Origin: an uncultured Verrucomicrobiae bacterium
GTDB taxonomy: Bacteria; Verrucomicrobiota; Verrucomicrobiia; Chthoniobacterales; UBA10450
DNA: 64,000 nt
NCBI GenBank assembly: GCA_963815455.1
Contig: CAWFGO010000001.1
Span: 992,001 to 1,056,000, forward strand
Direction of reading: 5' to 3'
In this document: one piece after another, positions 50,577-59,565 of the stretch
Numbering within the stretch: the first letter of the stretch is position 1
Layout of the letters: each line of letters opens with the position of its first letter
Notes under the pieces: model-generated
Told to the model about the DNA's origin: nothing
Databases searched by the model: none
The model's input: only the letters and a program-made list of their open reading frames with translations
Position numbers and translations under genes: made by a program

Positions 50577-50619
50577 GACGGCTGTTGAACTGAGTGAGCG
50601 CAATCGTAGGTTCGAATTG

Positions 50620-50775
50620 ATGGCTCACGTCCGTAAAGACACGCTCGCGAAGACGGTGCAATGGTGGAAGCATTTGCGGCCGTATTGGAAGCGCCGGCAA
50701 CAGCGTCGGGAACGAGTCGCCTCAAGCAAACTGATCCGCGCCGAATGGGACACGCAAACGCAGCTTCGGAAATAG
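50620..50775 (+). CDS. Small basic hypothetical protein
   Basis: WWKHLRP..KR motif; TTGAAC-16-TAGGTT-7-ATG. Confidence 0.45.
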   Translation: MAHVRKDTLAKTVQWWKHLRPYWKRRQQRRERVASSKLIRAEWDTQTQLRK

Positions 50776-50841
50776 GCTCCTTTTGTGGACGTGCTTTACT
50801 GATTGTTTGCGCTGAAGCAACCAGTGACGCAGAATTGAGGC

Positions 50842-51039
50842 ATGAGCGTCCGGGAGATTGAATCCGCAGTTGAACGCCTGCCCAGTGACCAGCTGGCTGC
50901 ATTTGCCAAATGGTTTGAGGAGTTTGTGGCTGAAGCATGGGATCGCAAGTTCGAAGCGGACGTTGCTGCGGGTAAGCTCGATCATCTTGCCAAACAGGCC
51001 GACGAAGACTTTGAAGCTGGCCGCTGCACTCCGCTTTGA
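50842..51039 (+). CDS. Probable antitoxin
   Basis: IE.AV..L...L..F..WF.E...WD..FE.DV.AGKLD; TTGA overlap with a RelE-like fragment. Confidence 0.78.
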   Translation: MSVREIESAVERLPSDQLAAFAKWFEEFVAEAWDRKFEADVAAGKLDHLAKQADEDFEAGRCTPL

Positions 51040-51134
51040 AGCATTTTGCGACGCCGCAATTCTGGTTTTGCTACAGAGAGCTCCCACCGGATGTCCGGCA
51101 GCTCGGGACGCGAGAGACGGGGTCGCGTCTATAA
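51036..51134 (+). pseudogene. Truncated RelE/ParE-like toxin
   Basis: MKHFATPQFWFCYRELPPDVRQL, then runs into the 51121 repeat. Confidence 0.7.
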
Positions 51135-51191
51135 ACATTCGACATTTGCCCGGCCAAGAAAACTGACCGCAGATCAGCCTTTGCCAAGGCT
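51121..51191 (+). repeat. Direct repeat partner of 48265-48334
   Basis: Direct sequence comparison. Confidence 0.9.
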
Positions 51192-51286
51192 ACGGCCTGA
51201 CAGGTTGCGCTGATTACGCAGATTAGTAATCGCAGTTGAGGGAGGTTTTGCTTTGCGCGCTCCTCTGTTTGAATGACAATACGGAA

Positions 51287-51670
51287 ATGAATCTTCAGGA
51301 GCTTGAAGCGGCGATGCGCACTCTCTCGCGCGAAGAACTGGCTGCATTCCGCAAGTGGTTCATTGAATTCGACTGGGAGGCATGGGACAAGGAAATCGAG
51401 GAAGACGTTGCCGCCGGGCGATTCGACGCGGTGATCCGGGAAGTTGATGAGGACGTCCGCGCCGGTCGACTCACTGATCTTCCGCTGCCGGCGAAGACGA
51501 TAGTGCTCGAGGCAATTCAGAAATTGCCGGATCGATCGACGTTCGAGGAAATCCGCCAACGGATCGAGTTCATTGCTGGCGTGCGAAAAGGATTGGACGA
51601 GATCGAGCGCGGGGAAATCGTGTCGCTCGATGAAGTGGAAAAGAAGATCGACAAGTGGGCTACCAAATAG
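51287..51670 (+). CDS. Fused double antitoxin-like protein
   Basis: N-half paralogous to 50842-51039; C-half (LPD.STFEEI...GLDEIERGEIVS.DEV...W) resembles ParE-associated antitoxins. Confidence 0.7.
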   Translation: MNLQELEAAMRTLSREELAAFRKWFIEFDWEAWDKEIEEDVAAGRFDAVIREVDEDVRAGRLTDLPLPAKTIVLEAIQKLPDRSTFEEIRQRIEFIAGVRKGLDEIERGEIVSLDEVEKKIDKWATK

Positions 51671-51957
51671 TCCTGTCGCGAACGGCTGAGACCGATCTGG
51701 CAGAAATTGTCGAGTACATCGCCCGCGACAATCCCGCCGCCGCAGCGCGGTTCGGCCACGAACTCGTAAGACACACTCGCAAGCTCGAACATTTCCCGCA
51801 GATAGGCCGCGTTGTGCCCGAATTCCGAGTCAACACACTGCGTGAATTAATTCATTCCTCGTATCGAATTGTTTATCAGATCAATGAGCAACAGAAGATA
51901 ATCGAAGTTGCCCGGTTCTGGCATGCCGCGAGAGGAACTCCGCAAGTGGGCAGCTAG
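51655..51957 (+). CDS. RelE/ParE family toxin
   Basis: A..DL.EI.EYIA.DNP.AA, FP.IGR.VPE, YRIVY, RFWH.AR. Confidence 0.92.
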   Translation: MGYQIVLSRTAETDLAEIVEYIARDNPAAAARFGHELVRHTRKLEHFPQIGRVVPEFRVNTLRELIHSSYRIVYQINEQQKIIEVARFWHAARGTPQVGS

Positions 51958-52130
51958 CAACGCAAGTCTCCTTGAGGCGCTAATAAGGAAAGCTCGCCAC
52001 GACGAGTTCGTCCGTTGGCGGACAGGAAGGCAGGAAATGGTTTCCTTTCCGGCTTCCTGGGAGTTTTGGTACGCATCCCTTCCTGCGTTCCTGCTTTCCT
52101 TATTCCTCCTAATGGCTACGCTCGGGCGTC

Positions 52131-53534
52131 ATGGTTGCTGTGGCTGAGCCGGAAGATGCGGCGCCGTTAACGGGCGAAGAACATGTGCCCGATTTTCTCG
52201 GGCACCCGCGCGGGCTGTGGTATCTCGCGTTCACCGAAGCGTGGGAACGTTTCTCCTTCTACGGGATGCAGGCGCTCCTGGTTCTCTACATGTCGAAGTA
52301 CCTGCTTCTTTCGGGGCACGTCGAGAATGTCGTCGGGTTCGGCTTTGTCCGATGGCTGTATCCCAATCTCAACGGTCAACCGCTCGCCTCCGAAATCTTC
52401 GGCAATTACACCGCGTTCGTTTATCTGACACCGATCCTGGGCGGGTTCGTGGCCGACCGGTTCCTGGGCCGGCGCCAGGCCGTGCTGCTCGGCGCGCTCA
52501 CGATGGCCGCAGGCCATTTTCTCATGGCCTTCGAGGGCGCTTTTCTTTTCGCGCTGCTCTGTCTCGTCATGGGGTGCGGTTTGTTCAAAGGGAACATCGC
52601 CAGTCAGGTCGGCGCGCTTTATAAGCCGGAAGATCGCCGGAGCGACGACGCTTTTCAGATTTTTTATCTCGGTATTAATTTCGGCGTCATCGCGTCGCCC
52701 TTCATCGTTGGAACGCTGGGCGAAAAAGTCGGCTGGCATTACGGATTCACCGCTGCCGGGGTGGGCATGCTGCTCGCGATCGCTATCTTTCTGTCCGGTC
52801 AAAAGTACCTGCGCGGCTCCGACAACAAACCAACCGGGGCGGTGGCGGTGAAGAAGCAGAAACTCACCGGGCCCGAATGGAAGGCGGTGATTGCCCTGGT
52901 CGTTCTTATTCCGGTGCTGGCCGTCTCGATCGTGCCTAACAATCAGATCTTCAACGCCTACCTGGTCTGGGCCGATCAGCAGTTCGACCTGAAGTTCTTC
53001 AATTACACCGTGCCGACTACCTGGCTGGTGTCGCTCGATGCGGTGGTCTCGGTCAGTTTCCTGGCGATCGTCGCGCTCTTTTATCGCTGGTATGGCAAGC
53101 GCTGGAAAGAACCGGATGAAATAACAAAGATCATCATCGGCTCGATCTTCTCGATCGGCGGCATGCTGTGCCTGTTCATCGCCGCCAGCAGCCATGGCCC
53201 CGGCCAAAAGATCGGTCTTTTCTGGCCGGTGACGTTTCATTTCGTCAACAGCATCGGTTTCGCTCATCTGTTGCCGATCAGTCTCGCGCTCTTTGCCAAG
53301 TGCGCGCCGAAAGCGGTCAACGCGACCGTTATTGGCCTGTATTACATTGCCTTCTTTTGCGCGAACAAACTGGTGGGGAAAATCGGCGCGCTTTACACGA
53401 CCATGCCCACGCCGAAGTTCTGGCTGCTGCACGCCGGGCTCGCGGCTGGAGCGGGTCTTTGCTTTTTGATCTTCAAACTCGTGGCCGGCCGGGCGCTGGC
53501 AGGGAATGCAGCCGCTGAAGCCGCGGTGAGTTGA
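52131..53534 (+). CDS. POT/PTR-family proton-dependent peptide MFS transporter
   Basis: GHPRGL, TEAWERFSFYGM, GGFVADRFLG, FYLGINFG. Confidence 0.93.
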   Translation: MVAVAEPEDAAPLTGEEHVPDFLGHPRGLWYLAFTEAWERFSFYGMQALLVLYMSKYLLLSGHVENVVGFGFVRWLYPNLNGQPLASEIFGNYTAFVYLTPILGGFVADRFLGRRQAVLLGALTMAAGHFLMAFEGAFLFALLCLVMGCGLFKGNIASQVGALYKPEDRRSDDAFQIFYLGINFGVIASPFIVGTLGEKVGWHYGFTAAGVGMLLAIAIFLSGQKYLRGSDNKPTGAVAVKKQKLTGPEWKAVIALVVLIPVLAVSIVPNNQIFNAYLVWADQQFDLKFFNYTVPTTWLVSLDAVVSVSFLAIVALFYRWYGKRWKEPDEITKIIIGSIFSIGGMLCLFIAASSHGPGQKIGLFWPVTFHFVNSIGFAHLLPISLALFAKCAPKAVNATVIGLYYIAFFCANKLVGKIGALYTTMPTPKFWLLHAGLAAGAGLCFLIFKLVAGRALAGNAAAEAAVS

Positions 53535-53562
53535 TCCGCCTGCGCAGAACTTCCGCCGACCT

Positions 53563-53831
53563 AATTCCTGGCTTCCTGGGTTCCTGATTAGAAGGCGTTC
53601 TTTGCTTCGCGAACTTCGTGTCCTTCGTGGGTGAAAACGGAAGTGATGAGTGACCGGTGACGGACGACGAGAAATTTGAATTAGGAAAATATGAACGCAG
53701 GAAGATGGATCGAGACAGAATTAGCAGAATTTACATGATCCGAAGAAAGGGATCCGAACCGGCCATCCGTGATTCTGTAGAATTGTGTAAATCCTGTCTG
53801 ATTTTCCTCGCTTCCTGGGTTCCCGATTAAA
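53563..53831. repeat. Cluster of 9-bp-periodic inverted repeats (related elements 44400-44486, 51987-52105)
   Basis: TTCCTGGCTTCCTGGGTTCCTGATT, AGGAA...AGGAA, GACAGAATT...ATCCTGTC. Confidence 0.6.
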
Positions 53832-53876
53832 CAGAATTATTTAGACAATTCTCTTTGTGGGCGGCGTCCTCTTTGG

Positions 53877-54638
53877 ATGGCCAGAGCATGTAATCGCAAT
53901 CTGATTTCGGTCCTCATTGGATCGGTCCTCGGCGTCGCACTGTTCGGCTGTAATCACGCTGCCACGACGACCGAAGAAGTGATCGACTTGAATACCAAGG
54001 CGATGGGTGGTCGAGCTGCGATCGAGGCGGTGAACTCGATCCAGGTTGATCTTCACATTGTCGATCCTGGTTTTGAAGTGGATGGCATCTATCGCGCGGC
54101 CCGCCCGGGCCGGATGCGAATCGACGTCATGATGAAGGGCAAACATGTTTTTACCGAAGCTTTTGATGGGAAACATGGGTGGGAGTGGACCGGCAAAGGC
54201 AACCAGGTTCCTGCGTCAGATAAAGCCACTGCCGCGTTACGCCACGGTGTCGAACTTCCCGGGAAACTGTTTGGCTTGCACGAGATCAAGAAACGGGAGC
54301 ATCGCCTTGAGTTGGTCGGACGAGAGAACGTGGATGGCGTTAATTATCATGTGCTTCGGCTCACGCTGAACGATGGTTATACGACCACTCTTTATGTCGA
54401 TCCTAGGAGCTGGTTGATCACGCGACGTCGGGATTTTCGGCCGCTGCATGTCGATATCGACCCGACGCCGACCACGATCGAGCAGCGCAGTTCGGATTTC
54501 CGGGAGATTTCCGGGGTGCAATTCGCCTTTGCCAATACCGAGATTGACCTGAAGACGGGCAAGGTCCTCGAATCCACCAAGGTCAACAGAATCGAAGTTA
54601 ATCCGTCGATCGATTCATCGATCTTCGAGAAGCTCTAA
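53877..54638 (+). CDS. Lipoprotein, LolA/outer-membrane lipoprotein-sorting-like fold
   Basis: Lipobox LFGC; AMGG..A, SDFREISGV.F, VNP.ID...F. Confidence 0.7.
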   Translation: MARACNRNLISVLIGSVLGVALFGCNHAATTTEEVIDLNTKAMGGRAAIEAVNSIQVDLHIVDPGFEVDGIYRAARPGRMRIDVMMKGKHVFTEAFDGKHGWEWTGKGNQVPASDKATAALRHGVELPGKLFGLHEIKKREHRLELVGRENVDGVNYHVLRLTLNDGYTTTLYVDPRSWLITRRRDFRPLHVDIDPTPTTIEQRSSDFREISGVQFAFANTEIDLKTGKVLESTKVNRIEVNPSIDSSIFEKL

Positions 54639-54764
54639 GCGCGAGCGCATGGGAGAATTGACCGCGGATTACACAGATTCCGCAGATTCGATAATTGCTG
54701 AAACGACGGCTGCACCGGAGCGCGTTGCTTTTCGGCAGGTGCCGGTTATCGTGCGACCCTCTTT

Positions 54765-55277
54765 ATGAAACTGACAATCTGCACTGCTTCGATTTTCCTT
54801 TCTCTTCTACTGGGCGCGTCCGGCGCGACGCCGACGGATGAATCGATTGACCGGATGATGGCGGCCATGCACGTCGAAAAATCACTCGATCAGATTTTTC
54901 TCCAGTTAGACGCCGGGGTAAAAAATGGGCTGGAAGAAGGCTTGCAGCGGTCCCTCCAGGGCCGGGACCTTAGCGCCAGTCAAAAAGAAGCGGTCGACAC
55001 ATTCGCGAGGAAACTGAGCGTCACTCTGAAAGACGAACTGTCGTTCGCCAAGATGAAGGCGGTTTATCTCCAGGCTTATCGGGAAACTCTTACCCAGGAA
55101 GAGGTAAACAGTCTCACCGCGTTTTACAGCTCACCGGCCGGCCAAAGTGTGGTGGACAAGATCCCGCTAGCCATGCAAAAGGCCGGTGTCCTGATGCAAC
55201 CGCGCATCCGACCCGTCCTCGAAAAAATCCAAGGCATGGAGCATGATTTTGCCAAAGAGCTGGCGAAAACGAAGTAG
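54765..55277 (+). CDS. DUF2059-domain secreted protein
   Basis: Y...LTQEEV..LTAFYSSPAGQ. Confidence 0.82.
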   Translation: MKLTICTASIFLSLLLGASGATPTDESIDRMMAAMHVEKSLDQIFLQLDAGVKNGLEEGLQRSLQGRDLSASQKEAVDTFARKLSVTLKDELSFAKMKAVYLQAYRETLTQEEVNSLTAFYSSPAGQSVVDKIPLAMQKAGVLMQPRIRPVLEKIQGMEHDFAKELAKTK

Positions 55278-55294
55278 ACCTCTTCGAGCTCGAT

Positions 55295-56134
55295 CTACTG
55301 CGCGCTCTGTAGCGAGCGAAACCAGCGCAAGGCGGTTACTGTTTCCGCGCGATTGACTTCGTGGCGGCCGTTGAAGGTCTCGACCCGGACCTGCTTGAAA
55401 CCGGCCTTCTTGATCGAACTCATGACGCCGTATTGCTGGATGAGCGTGGCAATTTTGTCGTCGCGACCGCTGCTGATGAAGACTGGTGTCGCGAGAAAGC
55501 ATGCCCCGGGTTGGAACTTAAGATAGCCTTCGCTCAAGTGATCCTCGTTTACGCCAGTAAGATAAATTCCGATAATGTGGCAACCGAATCGCGCGAGAAG
55601 AGGTGCAATGAACGCGGCGCGTCTCGCTCCCCCGGAAAAACCGGCAAACGCGATCGGCCATTTGTCTGAGCCGGCAAAGCTACGGTGGAGGGCGTCCACG
55701 GCGGCGAGGGTCATCGCCGCGCGCCAGGCGGCGATGTCGAAGCGGGCCGGTTGAGGCCCATCGCCGGCCAGCACGACCCAGCCTTCGGCGAGCGCGAGGC
55801 TGCGATAGAACTCGGCGAGATCATCCCGGTTTTGACGGTGGCCGTCACTGGTCGATAGCACGATTAACACCGGCCAACTTTTTCGCGGATTGAAACCCGG
55901 GGGAACAGCCAGAACCGCAACCGCGCTGGGCGGCACGGAATTGCCGCCTTCCGCGGCGAATGATTTTTCCTGCGGGCTAAGAGGCACGTTCGCGCGGACC
56001 GTCGAGCCGGGCGACAAGGGAACCCCGGCGAACTTCATTCGTTCCTCTGCTGATGCGGTTAGGGGGGCGCTTAATAGAAGAAGCGCGTGCCCAATCAGGA
56101 GAATCCTATCCACGCGAGGATGAGAGATCGACAT
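55295..56134 (-). CDS. Secreted alpha/beta hydrolase-fold protein
   Basis: GFSGG nucleophile elbow, G.DD, GRHE. Confidence 0.72.
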   Translation of the reverse strand: MSISHPRVDRILLIGHALLLLSAPLTASAEERMKFAGVPLSPGSTVRANVPLSPQEKSFAAEGGNSVPPSAVAVLAVPPGFNPRKSWPVLIVLSTSDGHRQNRDDLAEFYRSLALAEGWVVLAGDGPQPARFDIAAWRAAMTLAAVDALHRSFAGSDKWPIAFAGFSGGARRAAFIAPLLARFGCHIIGIYLTGVNEDHLSEGYLKFQPGACFLATPVFISSGRDDKIATLIQQYGVMSSIKKAGFKQVRVETFNGRHEVNRAETVTALRWFRSLQSAQ

Positions 56135-57467
56135 GGGAAATATCGAGGGTTGATGCCTGTTGCTTCGTTCTTTGAAGAATCGTTGCGGCGCCAATCCAGA
56201 TCGTAACCAAAAGCAGGAGAAGCGCGCACCAGCTCACACCGGCAATGGCCCGCCAATTCTCGAGAAGATCGTCGTGGCCAAACGCGCGTAATGGAACTGA
56301 GAGACCCGCAACCGCAATTAGAATCGCACTTAACAACGCGAGTCGACGTCCCCGCTTTACCTGAGCGGTGAATATCCCCAGCGCCACGATGTAGACCAGG
56401 AATAATAGCAACATATGACGCGCCATGATTTGCGGACTGAACACAAGGGCGATTACGATCAAGGCGGACCATTCCAGGCTCACTCGAGCGCCGCGGGTTC
56501 CATGCTCATCAGCATCGGCTGGAGCGAAGAGTTGAACACGATAATGACGCGCAATGAAAATAATCACACCGACGACGACGGCGAGAGCTAAAACAAGAAA
56601 CACAACGGCAATCAATTGTGAAACCCCAAGTATCTTGACTGTCCTAAAAATGGCGGACGTCAGCGAAACAGAACGATCCCACCCGACTGGGAGTATTCTC
56701 AGGCCCTCATCCGGCCCGCGCGGGGCCAGGTTAACCAGCTTGGCCAAGCCGCCCAAGGCGTCAGCGGCGTAAAGGCCAGCCAACCGAGGGCCAACTTCAA
56801 CGGCAGGCAACATCATGAAGAAACTAAACGAAACGACGGAGGCAACCGCCGCGCGGTAATTGCGCTTGACGATGAAGTAAGGAACGAAAATGAGAGCCAA
56901 ATACTTGATGTTGGCGACCAAGCCCACGATCACGCCCGCTATCGGCGTTTTTCGATCCATCCATGGCAGGATGAGAGCGAAGCCAAGGATCAAGAGGGCA
57001 TCGATCTGGATCAGGCGGAATTCGGCGTGGACTTTATCGTAGCTGAGAAGGAGAGCTGCGGCCGCGATCAGCCAGGGAAGCGAATCATCAGGTCCGCCCG
57101 CCGCCGCGGGCGGTCGCCACCGTTTTACAACTTGTTTGGCCGAGATGACCGCCGAAGCAAAAAGAAGGGCCGCGCTCAGAGCGAGCCAGACCAGGGCTGC
57201 GTTGTGTTCGGACAGGACCGCAACGGGTTGAAAGATAAAGGCCACGAACGGCGAATAGATGTAAAGGCCATTACTGGCTTCGCGGATATCCTGATGATTC
57301 AATACGGCGCGCGCCGCGCGGTAGGTGGGAGCAAAGTCTTCCGTGTTCTTCTCTCCAATCCAAGCTCGCCGGGCGCTGGGCGCAGCCGCAATAATCAACA
57401 GGGCCACGATGACGGCAATGGCGACGAACCGTCGCCCAGCACCGGAAAGCTTTCTGCCGGGTGTCAT
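56106..57467 (-). CDS. Glycosyltransferase family 87 (DUF2029) membrane protein
   Basis: DF...Y.A, YIYSP, QID, ANIK, FSP...H; multi-TM. Confidence 0.8.
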   Translation of the reverse strand: MTPGRKLSGAGRRFVAIAVIVALLIIAAAPSARRAWIGEKNTEDFAPTYRAARAVLNHQDIREASNGLYIYSPFVAFIFQPVAVLSEHNAALVWLALSAALLFASAVISAKQVVKRWRPPAAAGGPDDSLPWLIAAAALLLSYDKVHAEFRLIQIDALLILGFALILPWMDRKTPIAGVIVGLVANIKYLALIFVPYFIVKRNYRAAVASVVSFSFFMMLPAVEVGPRLAGLYAADALGGLAKLVNLAPRGPDEGLRILPVGWDRSVSLTSAIFRTVKILGVSQLIAVVFLVLALAVVVGVIIFIARHYRVQLFAPADADEHGTRGARVSLEWSALIVIALVFSPQIMARHMLLLFLVYIVALGIFTAQVKRGRRLALLSAILIAVAGLSVPLRAFGHDDLLENWRAIAGVSWCALLLLLVTIWIGAATILQRTKQQASTLDISHVDLSSSRG

Positions 57468-57481
57468 AACATTCGTCTCGA

Positions 57482-58321
57482 TTAATCGGCAGCCGCCGGG
57501 TTCTGTCGATGACTTTTGTTAATGGATTCTCCAGAAAGACGCCGTTTGGCCTCCGCCAGATAAGTTTTGTCAATTTCGAAGCCGATAAAGTTATTGACGC
57601 CGCATTTCTGCGCGGCCACTGCAGAATTTCCAATCCCGAGGAAGGGATCGAGCATCGTGTTCACCCGGTCGACGCCGTGCAACTTGATGCACCATTCCGC
57701 GAGCTCGACCGGAAACGTGGCCGGATGCGGACGCTCTTTTTCGCGGCTCTGAATGGTTTCATACGGAATGAACCAGGTATTGCCGCGGCACCGAACATCC
57801 TTGCCGCCGGTATGTCCCCAGCGCGCGACATTGCTCTTGTCCTGATACGGCACGCCGAGCGCGAGTCGGTCGATTTCTACCGCGCCCGATTTTGTGAAGT
57901 GAAATATGTATTCGTGGCAATCGTTGAGAAATCGTTTCGAGCTGATCGGCTTAAAGTGACCATGGGAACGAACTTCACCTTGTCGATCCTCAATGGCGAT
58001 CGATTTGATCCAGTGAATCGTGTTTTGCAGGACGAAATCCTCTCGCAGCAGCATGACCATTTCGTGCGGCAACATCGGGTTTGACGGCGCGGCGCCGACA
58101 TTCAAAAAAAATGAGCCGCTGGATTTCAGGATGCGGCGAACTTGCGCCGACCATTTCTCGCACCATTGCAAATACGATTGTCGATTCTGTTGATCCGAAT
58201 ATTTCCGGTAGCGGATCCCGAGATTGTAGGGCGGCGATGTCACGACAAGATCGACATGTTCTTCGGGAAGTTTGGCCATTCCCTCCAGGCAATCTTGCAA
58301 GCGCAGGTCGAGCTTGGTCAT
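57482..58321 (-). CDS. Site-specific DNA methyltransferase (N4-C/N6-A, beta order), orphan
   Basis: VTSPPY, HPATFP, LDPFLGIG, GFEID. Confidence 0.92.
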   Translation of the reverse strand: MTKLDLRLQDCLEGMAKLPEEHVDLVVTSPPYNLGIRYRKYSDQQNRQSYLQWCEKWSAQVRRILKSSGSFFLNVGAAPSNPMLPHEMVMLLREDFVLQNTIHWIKSIAIEDRQGEVRSHGHFKPISSKRFLNDCHEYIFHFTKSGAVEIDRLALGVPYQDKSNVARWGHTGGKDVRCRGNTWFIPYETIQSREKERPHPATFPVELAEWCIKLHGVDRVNTMLDPFLGIGNSAVAAQKCGVNNFIGFEIDKTYLAEAKRRLSGESINKSHRQNPAAAD

Positions 58322-58366
58322 CAATGATCTGTCGCACAAAAGTGAAAATTGTACAAGCGGCGGTCT

Positions 58367-58509
58367 GGTTCTGGGGAGCACAGGCTGCCAGCCTGTAGTT
58401 CGCGGCAGCTTGCCGCGAACCGCTTTCGCCGCTTTGCATATTGACGCGCCAGAGGCATTCGGCGCAGCGGCCGAATGCTACAGGCTGGCAGCCTGTGCTC
58501 CCCAGAACC
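58367..58509. repeat. GGGAGC...GCTCCC branched palindromic element
   Basis: Long inverted ends GGTTCTGGGGAGCACAGGCTGCCAGCCTGTAG / CTACAGGCTGGCAGCCTGTGCTCCCCAGAACC. Confidence 0.88.
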
Positions 58510-58549
58510 GAGATTCGCGGGCGTAAAGAAATTCGTTATTGTTCCCTCA

Positions 58550-59347
58550 ATGTCGGACAAGCCTTCCAAACTCAAGATCGCCGATCGCGAATTCACTTCG
58601 CGGTTTCTTGTCGGCACGGGCAAATTTGCCTCCAACGAATTGATGCGCGATGCGCTGATCGCCAGCGGGACCGAACTGGTGACGGTCGCGCTACGCCGGG
58701 CCGATTTGTCCGGCAAGGGCGATCCCTACGCGAACATTCTCGATTTCATCGATCCGAAACGGTTTTTGCTTCTGCCGAACACGAGCGGCGCACGCAACGC
58801 AACGGAAGCGGTGCGGCTGGCCCGGCTGGCGGCAAGCGCTGGCCTGCCGACATGGATCAAGCTCGAGATTCATCCCGATCCGCGCTACCTGCTCCCCGAT
58901 GGGGTAGAAACATTGGCTGCCGCGGAAATTCTGGTAAAGGAAGGATTCACCGTGCTCCCCTATATCAATGCCGATCCGGTGCTGGCAAAGCGATTGCAAG
59001 ACGCCGGTACCGCAACGGTGATGCCGCTCGGCTCGCCGATCGGGAGCAATCGTGGAATTGAAACGCGACCACAGATCGAGATCATCATCGAACAAGCGAC
59101 CGTCCCGGTCGTTGTCGATGCCGGCCTGGGCGCGCCAAGCCAGGCCGCCGAAGCGATGGAGATGGGCGCCGATGCCGTGCTGGTCAATACCGCCATCGCG
59201 ATCGCTTCCGACCCGGTCCGCATGGCGCAAGCGTTTCGCAAGGCCATCGAAGCCGGCCGCGACGCCTACGAGATTGGTCTGGCCGAAAAATTGTCCGCTG
59301 CATCCGCGACCAGTCCGCTCACCGGATTTCTAACGCGTGAATCATAA
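58550..59347 (+). CDS. thiG: Thiazole synthase
   Basis: [34 protein letters not shown]. Confidence 0.96.
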   Translation: MSDKPSKLKIADREFTSRFLVGTGKFASNELMRDALIASGTELVTVALRRADLSGKGDPYANILDFIDPKRFLLLPNTSGARNATEAVRLARLAASAGLPTWIKLEIHPDPRYLLPDGVETLAAAEILVKEGFTVLPYINADPVLAKRLQDAGTATVMPLGSPIGSNRGIETRPQIEIIIEQATVPVVVDAGLGAPSQAAEAMEMGADAVLVNTAIAIASDPVRMAQAFRKAIEAGRDAYEIGLAEKLSAASATSPLTGFLTRES

Positions 59348-59374
59348 CCGCGGATTACGCGGATTTTCACGGAT

Positions 59375-59505
59375 TGTCATCCTGAGCGGAGCGAAGGATC
59401 CCACGAGTGCATTCAACGTTCTCGAGCAACCGTGCGCTCTACCGAACAGAACGGCTCGGAGAGTGAAAGACGACCGTGAGGTCCCTCGCTGCGCTCGGGA
59501 TGACA
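59375..59505. repeat. TGTCATCC...GGATGACA palindromic element
   Basis: Same family as 23013-23192. Confidence 0.8.
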
Positions 59506-59565
59506 AACGGTCAGTAGCAGGTCGCATCCACTGGCGCGATTGACTCGATCGGCTAGATTCTGCGG

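Noticed and set aside
48265..54712. Repeats as a CRISPR array or classical integron attC sites
   Set aside because: Spacing is irregular and gene-sized, copies are degenerate, no cas or intI gene is present, and no RYYYAAC...GTTRRRY attC structure was seen
58325..58549. TPP riboswitch upstream of thiG
   Set aside because: No GCTGAGA/ACCTG core seen; the structure there is a member of the GGGAGC repeat family
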